Assembly (NCBI GenBank): GCA_943787225.1
Contig: CALSLP010000001.1
Coordinates: forward strand, 840,964 to 904,963
DNA: 64,000 nucleotides
Source of the DNA: an uncultured Alphaproteobacteria bacterium
GTDB taxonomy: Bacteria > Pseudomonadota > Alphaproteobacteria > MPNO01 > UBA2964
Reading direction: 5' to 3'
Numbering within the stretch: position 1 is the first letter of the stretch; each line of letters opens with the position of its first letter. Of this stretch, positions 19,734 to 29,069 are shown piece after piece. The notes below the pieces were generated by a model that ran no database searches, was not told the origin of the DNA, and saw only the letters and a program-made list of their open reading frames with translations. A program made the translations under genes and the position numbers.

Positions 19734-20630
19734 GTCAGTTGACCAAAGCCATTGATAGCTGGCCAGCGGTCATCCAATGCACCTTCTGGGTTCTGATCTC
19801 CGGCACCCTCATGGTTGTGCAGCTTGGCATCGTCCGGATGATTGCCAATGATATCGGCATCTTTGAAATCGTCTTTTTCCGCGCTTTGTTCAGCTGCATC
19901 TTTATCGCGCCGCTGATCATGAGCAACCCGACGGTTTTGCTGCGCCCCAACCGACCCGGCATCATGGCGCTCTGCGGCACGCTCGCCTTCCTCGCCGGGG
20001 TGTTTATGTACTTTGCCGCCAAATACATGCCAATCGCCGACATCACCGCGATCCATTTTTCGCGCCCGATCTTTGCTGCCATCCTGGCAACGATTGTCCT
20101 GAAAGAATCAATAAAGGGCGCGCGCGGCATCGCTATTATCGGCGGGTTTTATTGGGGCCGCGATCATCATTCGGCCCGGCATGGTTGACTTCAATATCGG
20201 CATCTTTTTCGTGTTTGCTGTGGTCGCGGTTCAGACCTGGAACCCGATTAACCGCCGCCTGTTATCCCAAAGCGAACATCCCGATACCGTCGCGGTTTGG
20301 ACCCAGTTGATTGTCCTGCCTTTGGCCATGGTCCCGGCGCTCTATTTCTGGACCACACCAACCTTGGAACTGCTGGGTTGGATGGCGGCAATCGGCCTGC
20401 TTGAAATGCTCAACCAGCGCGTCCTCGCCCGCGCCTATGTGCAAGGCGAGACCGTTGTCGTCCTGGCCCTGCATTATACCCGCCTGCCGCTGGCAGCCAT
20501 CGTCGGCTATCTGATGTTTGGCGAGGTCTCCGAGATCTGGATCTGGATCGGCGGTGCCGTCATCGCCAGCGCCGCGCTCTACCTCGCGCATCACGAACGG
20601 CTGGCAGAGCGGGCAAAAGCAGCCACCTGA
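19730..20630 (+). pseudogene. DMT (EamA) family transporter paralog, one frameshift near 20146-20150
   Basis: Track ORFs 19730-20188 and 20181-20630. Removing one T from the run GGGTTTTATTGGGGCC restores GFIGAAIIIRPGMVDFN. The gene overlaps the upstream paralog's stop by 4 nt. Confidence 0.75.
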
Positions 20631-21010
20631 CACACCCCCCGGGCTATGGGAAACATGGACCCCGGATCGGTGTCCGGGGTGACGGTAGGAAAGTTTGCTA
20701 GCAATTTTCAAAATTCCTCGACACACGCGCCATTTGTCATCCCGCACTTGATGCGGGACCCATACCACAGCTGCTCCCACCCCCTAAAGATCTCGCCATA
20801 AAGTCAGTCAATAGCGTCTCAAATGCGGATTGACTGTCAGAAAACGGGGGTTTTCTGTATAAAATCCAGTGATATCCTGATCTGCGTGTCAGAATTTTGT
20901 TTCAACACCGGCGGCGGAATCGTCACTAATATTTGGATGGACGATTTCGCTCCCAAGGTCCACAGGACCAAAATGAGGGTTGGACATTAACAAATGAGGG
21001 GGGCTGCACC

Positions 21011-22492
21011 ATGCGGTCAATCATACGAACAATTTCATTTCTGTCTGCATTGGCAGCGCTGACTGGCTTCGGCACGGTCAGCACAACATCCATCGCAGCA
21101 GCGGCAGACATCACAAAGAGTTGCGGCGGCGTTAATCAGAAAAAATGCGGGACGTCCAAGGCGACCTATCGCGGCAAGGTCAAGAAATCAAAACCCAAGG
21201 GCGCGTTTTTTGATCCGCGCAAGGGCGGGGAATGGTGGAAATGCCCGAGCAATCGCCCGCGCCGCACCGCCTACCCCGTCACGCATAAATACGCCTGCGC
21301 CACCAAGCGCATTCTCGGCGAGAAGCTCAGCCGCGCCAAATACATGGGCAAGGCCAAGAACAAGAAGCCCAAGGGCGCTTTCTTTGACCCGCGCAAGGGT
21401 GGCGAATACTGGTCTTGTCCCAGAGGCTATATACGCAATCTGAACCCGGTGACCCATCGTGCAGCCTGCACGATTTCCCCGAAATATGTTTGCGATTCCG
21501 GTAATGTTGCAATGGGCAGCAAATGCTACAAAAGAGGCGCGTGCGGTAGAAATCTGCAACGACCCTGTCAGATTGTCGAGCGCATCCCGTCCTGTAACCG
21601 GGGGCTCGCCGAAGACTTTATCGCCAATAAATGCATCAAGCAAAGCGTTGCCGGCTGCCTGACGGTTGTCCGCGCGATCAAGGTGATAGACGGCGCTGGC
21701 AAAGGCACAGAGAAGATCGCCAAAACGTTCTTCAAAACACTCAGTATCCAGCTACCCTCTTCAAAAGGCAAGAAAAGCAAGATCAACAAGGCCGTCAAAA
21801 GCAAGAAGAGCAAGTACCGGAACAAGAAAAACAAGAACAAGCTGTTGAACGATATGACGGCGTCGATCAAGCCATTCGAACATGTCGTACCGGAGCTAAA
21901 GAAGACAGCGGCGACAATGGGGAAAAAGACCAAAGCCCTCAAAAGACTCTTTACCGATGAGGGTTTTTGCACCGCGACCAAAAAGCAGCGGGAACGGGCC
22001 TTCGCGAAGATTATCCCTAAACCCAATATCAGTCTCAAAAAGAAAGCCGGTCTGCTCGATGGGCTCCTGATCAAAAATGCCCATGCCGCAACAAACTCCG
22101 CAAGCGATGAGCACTTCTATATGAGCTATGATTTCGCGATCTCGGCGGGGGCCGGTCTTGGCTTCTCGCTGGGTCTAAGCTTTGTCACCGATTACCGAGG
22201 CAATGGCGGAGCCTATTTCTCAATCGGGCCTGAAGTTGTTACCAATGTCGCTGCGGGCGGCGGGTTTGGTCTGGGTTTCTGGCCCAAGGTCAATCAAGGC
22301 AGCTTTGTCGGCTGGGGATGGGGTCTCGGCGTTTCTGCCGGGCCGCCGACCAAAGTCGTCTCGGGCAGCGTCTCCATCTTCATGGATGAAGAGTTGAAAG
22401 ACGTTCAGGGCTTTGGCTTTGGGGTCGGCGCAGGGGCCGGTGTCTCACCAGTCGATCTGACCTTTGGCGCGTCACACGCCTGGAAGCTGTAA
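21011..22492 (+). CDS. secreted hypothetical protein: duplicated Cys/Lys-rich motif, poly-Lys linker, Gly-rich C-terminal domain
   Basis: Start set at MRSIIRTISFLSALAALTGFGTVSTTSIAAAAD (signal peptide, GAGGGGG RBS). The motif KPKGAFFDPRKGGE(W/Y)W.CP...PVTH..AC occurs twice. It is followed by a KSKINKAVKSKKSKYRNKKNKNK stretch and a C-terminal GLGFSLGLSF...GGGFGLGFWP...GFGFGVGAGAG domain. I recognise no family. Confidence 0.6.
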   Translation: MRSIIRTISFLSALAALTGFGTVSTTSIAAAADITKSCGGVNQKKCGTSKATYRGKVKKSKPKGAFFDPRKGGEWWKCPSNRPRRTAYPVTHKYACATKRILGEKLSRAKYMGKAKNKKPKGAFFDPRKGGEYWSCPRGYIRNLNPVTHRAACTISPKYVCDSGNVAMGSKCYKRGACGRNLQRPCQIVERIPSCNRGLAEDFIANKCIKQSVAGCLTVVRAIKVIDGAGKGTEKIAKTFFKTLSIQLPSSKGKKSKINKAVKSKKSKYRNKKNKNKLLNDMTASIKPFEHVVPELKKTAATMGKKTKALKRLFTDEGFCTATKKQRERAFAKIIPKPNISLKKKAGLLDGLLIKNAHAATNSASDEHFYMSYDFAISAGAGLGFSLGLSFVTDYRGNGGAYFSIGPEVVTNVAAGGGFGLGFWPKVNQGSFVGWGWGLGVSAGPPTKVVSGSVSIFMDEELKDVQGFGFGVGAGAGVSPVDLTFGASHAWKL

Positions 22493-22521
22493 CACCGGGC
22501 TTCCAAGCTCAACGCAGATCA

Positions 22522-22556
22522 GCCCCGGAGAGGACCACCCTTTCCGGGGCTTTTTT
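22522..22556 (+). terminator. rho-independent terminator after the 494-aa secreted protein gene
   Basis: GCCCCGGA-N13-TCCGGGGC followed by TTTTTT. Confidence 0.7.
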
Positions 22557-22666
22557 ATGGCGCTATGACGGCAGAATCTCTGCGCGGGGCTTGGCAGTCT
22601 CCCAAAAATTAGGTACGCCTTGTGCTACAAATGCCGGTTTGGCAGACACAAAAAACGGGAGACGTC

Positions 22667-23656
22667 ATGACACCGCTCAAGCTTAGTATAGCCTCCACTG
22701 ATTACGATCATTTCCGCGATTTCCGCACCGGCGATGTGCGCGCCCAGGGCATCGATCATACCTGGTCCACCTTGCGCCATCATGAAGTGTTCGCGCGTTT
22801 CACCGCCAGCCGCGATTGGGATGTCGCCGAGCTGAGCTTTGCCAAGTTTATGGCCCAGGTCACTCGTGAAGATTCCGACATCATCGGACTTCCCGTTGTT
22901 TGCTCACGACTGTTCCGCTTCTCGTCTTTCTATGTAAACAAGAATTCCGGGATCAAAACCGTTGAAGACCTCAAGGGCAAGCGCATCGGCTCACCGGAAT
23001 GGGCCCATTCCGCCGCCGTCTATATGCGCGGCTGGATGCATAATGATTGCGGCGTCAAATTGCAGGACGTCCATTGGTATCAAGCCGGTGCGAATGCGCC
23101 GGGCCGGGTTGAGAAGGTCGAGCTTTCCTTGCCGGAAGGCGTCGAGCTGACTCGGGTTTCTGACAAATCACTCTCCGAGCTTCTCGCCGCTGGCGAAATT
23201 GATTGCGCAATTATCGCCCGCCCACCGACCTGCTTCCTCGAAGACCATCCCGATGTCGTGCGGCTTTTCCCCAACTATCTCGAGATGGAAAAGGACTATT
23301 ACGCCAAGACCAAAATCTGGCCGATCATGCATATCATGGTGATGCAGAACAAAGTTCTGGAAGAGAATCCCTGGGTTGCCCGCAATTTGCTCAACGCGTT
23401 TAACGAATCCAAAGATAACAGCCTAGAGCGCATGCTCGACCCGGCCGTATCCCGCTATCCGCTGGCCTGGGTCCCGACCTATGCCCGCGAGATGCAGGCA
23501 ATGTTTGGCGATGATCCGTTCCCGTTCGGTATTGAAGAGAACCGCGCAACCTGGGAACAGATGCTGCTCTATACGTATCAGCAAGGCATCGCCCACAAGC
23601 ATGTGACGCCGGAAGACATCTTCCCGAAAAGCATCATGACCGACGTGGTGGTTTAA
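22667..23656 (+). CDS. 4,5-dihydroxyphthalate decarboxylase-like protein (PhtD family, periplasmic-binding-protein-like fold)
   Basis: MTPLKLSIASTDYDHFRDFRTGDVRAQGID...WDVAELSFAKFM resembles my recollection of the PhtD family. ATG with a GGGAGA RBS. Confidence 0.55.
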   Translation: MTPLKLSIASTDYDHFRDFRTGDVRAQGIDHTWSTLRHHEVFARFTASRDWDVAELSFAKFMAQVTREDSDIIGLPVVCSRLFRFSSFYVNKNSGIKTVEDLKGKRIGSPEWAHSAAVYMRGWMHNDCGVKLQDVHWYQAGANAPGRVEKVELSLPEGVELTRVSDKSLSELLAAGEIDCAIIARPPTCFLEDHPDVVRLFPNYLEMEKDYYAKTKIWPIMHIMVMQNKVLEENPWVARNLLNAFNESKDNSLERMLDPAVSRYPLAWVPTYAREMQAMFGDDPFPFGIEENRATWEQMLLYTYQQGIAHKHVTPEDIFPKSIMTDVVV

Positions 23657-23668
23657 GGGACTCACCTC

Positions 23669-24328
23669 ATGGCGCGCGAGCTCTATTTCATTTCCGGCTC
23701 GCCGCCCTGCTGGTCGGTGATGCTGGCGCTGGAGGTCAAAGGTCTTGCCTATACGCCACGCCGTCTCGATAACGCCAAGCGCGAACAAAAGAGCCCGGAA
23801 TACCTCGCCATCAATCCACGCGGTCAGGTGCCGGTGCTGGTTGAGGACGAGGTCACCGTCTGCGAAACCCTCGCCATCCTGTCCTATCTGGAGGCCGCGA
23901 CACCGACACCGACATTGTTCGGCAGCTCACCGATTGAGACCGCCAATATCTGGCAATCCATTTGCGATTGCGATGGCAATCTACGGGAGCCGGTCGGGCA
24001 AATTTCACGACCCTTGTTTCGTGGCAAGGCGGCAGAATCCGCAGAGAAAATCAAAGACGCGGCAGAAACCGTTCGCGACGAACTGGCCCTTTATGAAACG
24101 GCGCTAAATGAGAATGAGTGGCTCGCCGGTAACACCCTGAGTGCCGCTGATTTGATCGCGTTTCCGGTCATCATGCAGCTGATGCGGGCTGTGGGCCGGG
24201 AGGATGCCGAACCGTTGCAGCTCGCGATCCATCCCTTGGCGGATCACTTTCCCAATCTCGCCGCCTGGATTAGCCGCATCGAGGCGCTGCCCGGTTACGA
24301 CAACGCCTACCCGCCGCACTGGAAGTAG
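23669..24328 (+). CDS. glutathione S-transferase
   Basis: 219-aa ORF. It has the N-terminal thioredoxin-like part FISGSPPCWSVMLALEVKGL...INPRGQVPVLVED and an alpha-helical C-terminal domain. Confidence 0.8.
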   Translation: MARELYFISGSPPCWSVMLALEVKGLAYTPRRLDNAKREQKSPEYLAINPRGQVPVLVEDEVTVCETLAILSYLEAATPTPTLFGSSPIETANIWQSICDCDGNLREPVGQISRPLFRGKAAESAEKIKDAAETVRDELALYETALNENEWLAGNTLSAADLIAFPVIMQLMRAVGREDAEPLQLAIHPLADHFPNLAAWISRIEALPGYDNAYPPHWK

Positions 24329-24334
24329 CCGCCG

Positions 24335-25690
24335 CTAAAAATCCATCATGTGAATGAGTCGCCGCAGATCCGGCGCGTCAGCAACGTAGCTCCACGCTTT
24401 GATAACCTCATTACAACGTTCAGCACCAATCAATGGCTCGCCCATCAGGCGGAGCTTGTTCGCGGTATCTTCATCTGTCATCGGGTTGGCAGGATGACCG
24501 GGCGGGTTGGTGTTTTCAACCTCTAGCACCGTGCCATCCTGCATGGTCACGATAATCGCCAGCTTCATATCGGGCAGCAGGGCCTCAATTGCCGGATCGA
24601 CGGTCACCGTGATTTTGTTGAGCAAGGGCCGGAGTGACGGATCCTGCACACGGTCTTCTTCGAACGAGGCAATCGAGATCGTGCCATCCACTAACGTTCG
24701 CGCAAAAATATAGGGCAGGCTGTGATCTGCTGTTTCGCGGGTCTGGGGATCCCATTTTTCAGCCTCACCACCAATTTCTATCCGGGTGAGTTCGTCACAG
24801 AAAATCTCAATAGATTTGATGTTGTTGATGTCGCCCGGCGTCAACTTGTCGCGCAACTCCATCGCCGCCCATACGGCAGGTTGGCCATTGGTTTCCAGTG
24901 GCCAATACTTAAAAAGAATTTGCGCCAGAGTGAAATCGCCTCCTTCAGTGGGGAACGGCGCGAGATCGAACGGCCCGGTAATATTGTCGAACAGCCCATG
25001 CCGCCCTTCAAAGGCATTGCCGGGACCAACCATGCCTTCGGCCGCCAGCGTCGCGGCAAACACACCGTTGCGTGCCGCAAAGGGTGTTGCGACGCTCTTC
25101 CAGGATGTCAGCTCACCGGATCGTGTGACCCGCAACGGCACCGAGGCTGTTGCGCTCATGCCAATGGCATTGGCGGTCTGCTCAAAGGTGAGGCCTAGCA
25201 GATTGCAGACCCCCGCCGTGGTCGACACCGCGACCATAAACCCCTGATCCCAGCCGAGTTTACGCAGATTGGCGCCATCGCAGAGCCGCGTATAAATCTC
25301 GTAGGTCACCATCATCGCAGCAAGAAACTGCTTGCCGCTGAAGGGTGCCGCACCGACCAAGGCGAGATGCGCGCCAAGCCCATCGCTCGGATGACCTCCG
25401 GGAAACCGGTCATTGAAATCATATTTTCGGATCATGCCTGAATTGACGAACGTCGCCATTTCCACCGGCATCGCAGCATCGACAAACAAAGTCCGCCCGG
25501 CATAGAGACCCGCCGTTTGCGACCCCGCGAGCCGTCGTCCGATTGCGGCCGCCTCACACTCATGCGCCGCAAAGGCACAGCCCAGCGTATCGATCAGATG
25601 CTGCGTCGCGGAGCGCGCAATCTCATCGCCAAGATGATCAAAATTCAGTGTCGTCGCAAATGTGGCGAGCTGTTTGGTCAGCAGATCCAT
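24335..25690 (-). CDS. MmgE/PrpD family protein (2-methylcitrate-dehydratase-like)
   Basis: MDLLTKQLATFATTLNFDHLGDEIARSATQHLIDTLGCAFAA is a typical PrpD-family N-terminus. Start set at the internal Met at 25690. Confidence 0.8.
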   Translation of the reverse strand: MDLLTKQLATFATTLNFDHLGDEIARSATQHLIDTLGCAFAAHECEAAAIGRRLAGSQTAGLYAGRTLFVDAAMPVEMATFVNSGMIRKYDFNDRFPGGHPSDGLGAHLALVGAAPFSGKQFLAAMMVTYEIYTRLCDGANLRKLGWDQGFMVAVSTTAGVCNLLGLTFEQTANAIGMSATASVPLRVTRSGELTSWKSVATPFAARNGVFAATLAAEGMVGPGNAFEGRHGLFDNITGPFDLAPFPTEGGDFTLAQILFKYWPLETNGQPAVWAAMELRDKLTPGDINNIKSIEIFCDELTRIEIGGEAEKWDPQTRETADHSLPYIFARTLVDGTISIASFEEDRVQDPSLRPLLNKITVTVDPAIEALLPDMKLAIIVTMQDGTVLEVENTNPPGHPANPMTDEDTANKLRLMGEPLIGAERCNEVIKAWSYVADAPDLRRLIHMMDF

Positions 25691-25700
25691 CACATTTCCA

Positions 25701-26963
25701 TCAGATCGGCACGTATTCGCTGCGGAACGACGATAGTGGCATCGGCGGATCTTCGTCGCTGCCATCGATCCACATATCGAACACGATTTCGTTGTCCGGC
25801 GTCACTTCCAGCAGCCGCGCCCGGCACATGCCGCCACGATTGTCATTGGTCGGCACGCCATCGATGGTGCACACACCACCAAAATTCATAAAGGTGTTGC
25901 CGGTCTTTGGCAGACGATACGCACCGCCCTGATAGCAACCATACAACCCTTCCCCCGGACCATCCCCGTCACCAAATGACCAAACCTGTTCGACGGTCTT
26001 TGCCTGTTCATCGACTTTAAATTCAACCACCCGGCTGTAGTTTTCTTCGCCCGCCAGCGGTTCGGCAAACGGCAACGCACGATGATTACCATTATCAAAG
26101 CACAGGATGGTGCCGGTCGGGGTCACCGAGCAATCATGCTGGTGATATTGCCATTCGACATCACCGACCGGTTTAAGCAGGAAATGTGACCATGGCGCAC
26201 GCCAATTGCCGGGATCGCCGAGAATCCATTTGATCTCGCCGGTGCTCCTGTGGAATTTCAAAATGCAGTCCTGGGTGCGCAGCGACAGCATGATGGTGTC
26301 ATCGCGCGCGTCATAAAACACCGCATTGGTGTGGCACCAATCATTGCTATCGTCAAAACCCAGCTTGCGCCAATAGCCTGAACAGCTGCCATAGCACAGC
26401 CGGTAGGGATCAAGCATGTCGAGCAGATGCCACTTATTGATGATATCGCCCTTCGGCGTCACTTCGAGCACGACATCACCGACGACATTTGCCATACCGC
26501 GCGGCGCGTCAGGGTCAGTATCGTTCTGCGGCCAGTCCGGCAGCTCGCGCATCTCGGCACTCAACAGCAACAGATTGCCATTGGGGAAGCGGTTCACGCG
26601 ATGATGGGTTAGCGGCACATCAATTTCGACAGAATTGGGCGGCGGCTCTTTATCTTGCCATTTGCCCGCAATGTGCCATTGCCGGACGACCTGGCCGGAG
26701 CGCAGGACTTCCTTGATCAACCCGGCACCGGTCAGCGAGAACATCAGATTCCCATTGGGCAGCGCGCAGCTATCCTGGGCCGCGGTGTCGAACTTCATAT
26801 TGAGCGGGAAATTGCCGTCCTGATCGACCCCGATAATCCAGCCAACAGTGTTCCGTCCGAGATCAGGCCCACCGGGGCGGACATTGAAGACCATCATCCC
26901 CGGCTCACGCCGCGCCGGAATACAGACATCAACATGATGCGGCGGCAGGTTTCCGTTATTCAT
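25701..26963 (-). CDS. arylsulfotransferase (ASST)-like beta-propeller protein
   Basis: 420-aa ORF. Its repeated WHxND / FDxGN-type blades (CHTNAVFYDARDDTIMLSLR, ILCFDNGNHR) fit the ASST family as I recall it. Confidence 0.55.
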   Translation of the reverse strand: MNNGNLPPHHVDVCIPARREPGMMVFNVRPGGPDLGRNTVGWIIGVDQDGNFPLNMKFDTAAQDSCALPNGNLMFSLTGAGLIKEVLRSGQVVRQWHIAGKWQDKEPPPNSVEIDVPLTHHRVNRFPNGNLLLLSAEMRELPDWPQNDTDPDAPRGMANVVGDVVLEVTPKGDIINKWHLLDMLDPYRLCYGSCSGYWRKLGFDDSNDWCHTNAVFYDARDDTIMLSLRTQDCILKFHRSTGEIKWILGDPGNWRAPWSHFLLKPVGDVEWQYHQHDCSVTPTGTILCFDNGNHRALPFAEPLAGEENYSRVVEFKVDEQAKTVEQVWSFGDGDGPGEGLYGCYQGGAYRLPKTGNTFMNFGGVCTIDGVPTNDNRGGMCRARLLEVTPDNEIVFDMWIDGSDEDPPMPLSSFRSEYVPI

Positions 26964-27055
26964 TTAACTGATCCATCCCTGGTATGTTCCCCACAGGTTA
27001 TCACAGCCTTCCGCCGGGGCTAGAGGACGACCAAAGGTGATTGGGCCAGTGCCCG

Positions 27056-28906
27056 CTATTTCATCCGTGCCAGTTCGGCCTGGGCACTCTTATATTCAGT
27101 GAATGATTTGACACCCAGCTTCAGGGATGAGCGAAACAGTTCCTTGGCCTTGTTCCGCAACCCTCTCAGCAGATGATATTGCCCGACATAGAAATAAGCC
27201 TCGGTAAGTTGCTCGCGCTGTTTTTTCGCATCCTCGTTTCTCGCTCGCGCCAAAACCTGTTCTGGCTTCGTCCGTCCAAGGAACATGGATACCACCGGCC
27301 CCGGCCATGTATTGAGATCGAGTTTTTTCACGTTGCGTTCAAGATCGGCTCGCCCGTTCCGCCCTGCGCGCCCTTGGGCAAGATAGAGCCAGATGGCGGC
27401 GAAACGATGTTTAGGCCATTTCTGCACCACTCTCTTAAATTCAGGGATCGCATTTTCAAAACGGGCGGAATTGAAAATTGCAAAGCCCCGGTTATAGAAG
27501 GCACTGGGATAATCAGGCTTGAGGCGGATGGCCTCGTCATAGTCCCGGATCGCCCGCCCGTATTGGCCTTTGTGCTTGTAGGAAATGCCTCGGTTATAGA
27601 AGGCAATGGCATAATCGGGCTTGAGGCGGATGGCCTCGTCATAGTCCCGGATCGCCCGCCCGTATTGGCCTTTGTGCTTGTAGGAAATGCCCCGATTATT
27701 GAAGGCAATGGCAAAATCGGGCTTGAGGCGGATGGCCTCGTCATAGTCCCGGATCGCCCTGTCGTATTGGCCTTTATTCTTGTAGGCAAGGCCCCGGTTA
27801 TAGAAAACCTCGGCAAAATCGGGCTTGAGGCGAATGGCCTCGTCAAAGTCCCGGATCGCCCTGTCGTATTGGCCGTTTTCCCGGTAGGCATTGCCCCGGT
27901 TATTAAAGGCAATGGCGTAATCGGGCTTGAGGCGGATAACCTCGTCAAAGTCCCGGATCGCCCGCTCGTTTTGGCCTTTGTTCCGGAAGGCATTGCCCCG
28001 GTTATTGAAGGCACCTGCAAAGTCGGGTTTGAGACGGATGGCCTCGTCATAGTCCCGGATCGCTCGGTCGTATTGGCCTTTGCTCTTATAGGCAAGGCCC
28101 CGGTTATAGAAAGCCATGGCAAAGTCGGGCTTGAGGCGGATAGCCTCGTCATTGTCCCGGATCGTCCGGTCGAATTGGCCTTTGTTCGCGTGGGCAAGGC
28201 CTCGGTAATAGAAGGCAATGGCATAATCGGGCTTGAGGCGGATAACCTCGTCAAAATCCCGGATTGCCCGATCGTATTGGCCTTTGTTCTCGTAGGTAAT
28301 GCCCCGGTTATTGAGGGCAAGGGCATAATCGGGCTTGATACGGATAGCATGATCAAAGTCGACAAGGGCTCGATCAAGTTGTTTCTTTTCGACATAGAGA
28401 GCTCCCCGACTATTGTATATTTCAGCATCGTCGGGCTTGAGGCGGATGGCTTGAGTATAGTCAGCAATGGCGCGGTCAAGTTTCCTTTGGGTTTGGTAGA
28501 CTGAACCCCTAATTTTGAAGGCATCGGCATAGTCAGGTTTAAGGCGAATGGCCTCACCGAAGTCGGCGATAGCGCGATCACGCTGCCATTTACTATAATA
28601 TGCGTTCCCTCGATCAAAGAATGCAAAAGCGTTGTTAGGCTGGAGGCGGATGACCTGATCATAGTCGGCAATGGCGCTGTCAGCCTGCGATTTTCTAAAA
28701 TAAGCGCCGCCCCTGTTGTAGAAAGCGAAAGCAATATTAGGGCCCTGCAATTCCCCAGAGTTTAAAAGCCATGTACAGGCCTCAATCCTCAAGTCCGGTT
28801 TGGTCGTTCGATCTTGGCAGCGTTGAGCGTTGCTATTTAGATCCTTCGATTGCGCACCAGTAGCGAACAACCCGAGAGCGAAAAGCCAGATCAAATATTT
28901 TCTCAT
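27056..28906 (-). CDS. secreted tetratricopeptide-repeat protein (about 12-13 tandem TPR units plus a C-terminal helical domain)
   Basis: 616-aa ORF with signal peptide MRKYLIWLFALGLFATGAQS. It then iterates AIRDYDEAIRLKPD(Y/F)A.AF.NRG.AY..KGQYDR every 34 aa. Confidence 0.9.
   Translation of the reverse strand: MRKYLIWLFALGLFATGAQSKDLNSNAQRCQDRTTKPDLRIEACTWLLNSGELQGPNIAFAFYNRGGAYFRKSQADSAIADYDQVIRLQPNNAFAFFDRGNAYYSKWQRDRAIADFGEAIRLKPDYADAFKIRGSVYQTQRKLDRAIADYTQAIRLKPDDAEIYNSRGALYVEKKQLDRALVDFDHAIRIKPDYALALNNRGITYENKGQYDRAIRDFDEVIRLKPDYAIAFYYRGLAHANKGQFDRTIRDNDEAIRLKPDFAMAFYNRGLAYKSKGQYDRAIRDYDEAIRLKPDFAGAFNNRGNAFRNKGQNERAIRDFDEVIRLKPDYAIAFNNRGNAYRENGQYDRAIRDFDEAIRLKPDFAEVFYNRGLAYKNKGQYDRAIRDYDEAIRLKPDFAIAFNNRGISYKHKGQYGRAIRDYDEAIRLKPDYAIAFYNRGISYKHKGQYGRAIRDYDEAIRLKPDYPSAFYNRGFAIFNSARFENAIPEFKRVVQKWPKHRFAAIWLYLAQGRAGRNGRADLERNVKKLDLNTWPGPVVSMFLGRTKPEQVLARARNEDAKKQREQLTEAYFYVGQYHLLRGLRNKAKELFRSSLKLGVKSFTEYKSAQAELARMK
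27466..28726. repeat. in-frame 102-bp tandem repeat array inside the TPR gene
   Basis: DNA-level periodicity of 102 bp. Two adjacent units (about 27527-27628 and 27629-27730) are nearly identical. The array generates long shadow ORFs on both strands. Confidence 0.85.
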
Positions 28907-29069
28907 TAATTCCTCCCAAGAAGTGGACGAAAAAAGTTGAGGATAGACTCATGCAACGTCCGCGCAAAGCAGCCCAGACGTCATTCTAGGATTAAAGATC
29001 GAATGGCGACCGGTGCCTGCCAGTTTCGTTTGCTCAATGCCTGCTTTGGGTCAGTGGCTGCCATCACCC

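Noticed and set aside
20740-20758. The hairpin TCCCGCA-cttga-TGCGGGA, resembling REP-like elements common in alphaproteobacterial intergenic regions.
   Set aside because: Only one copy is visible in this window, so it cannot be called a repeat family from this sequence alone.
27466-28726. Regularly spaced repeats that could be mistaken for a CRISPR array.
   Set aside because: The units are contiguous 102-bp coding repeats with no unique spacers between them, lie in-frame inside one ORF, and have no cas genes nearby.
27173-28734. Two very long ORFs (443 aa on +, 468 aa on -) overlapping the TPR gene.
   Set aside because: They are shadow frames produced by the 102-bp in-frame tandem repeat. 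Their products are low-complexity periodic sequences, whereas the third frame gives a canonical signal peptide plus TPR units.
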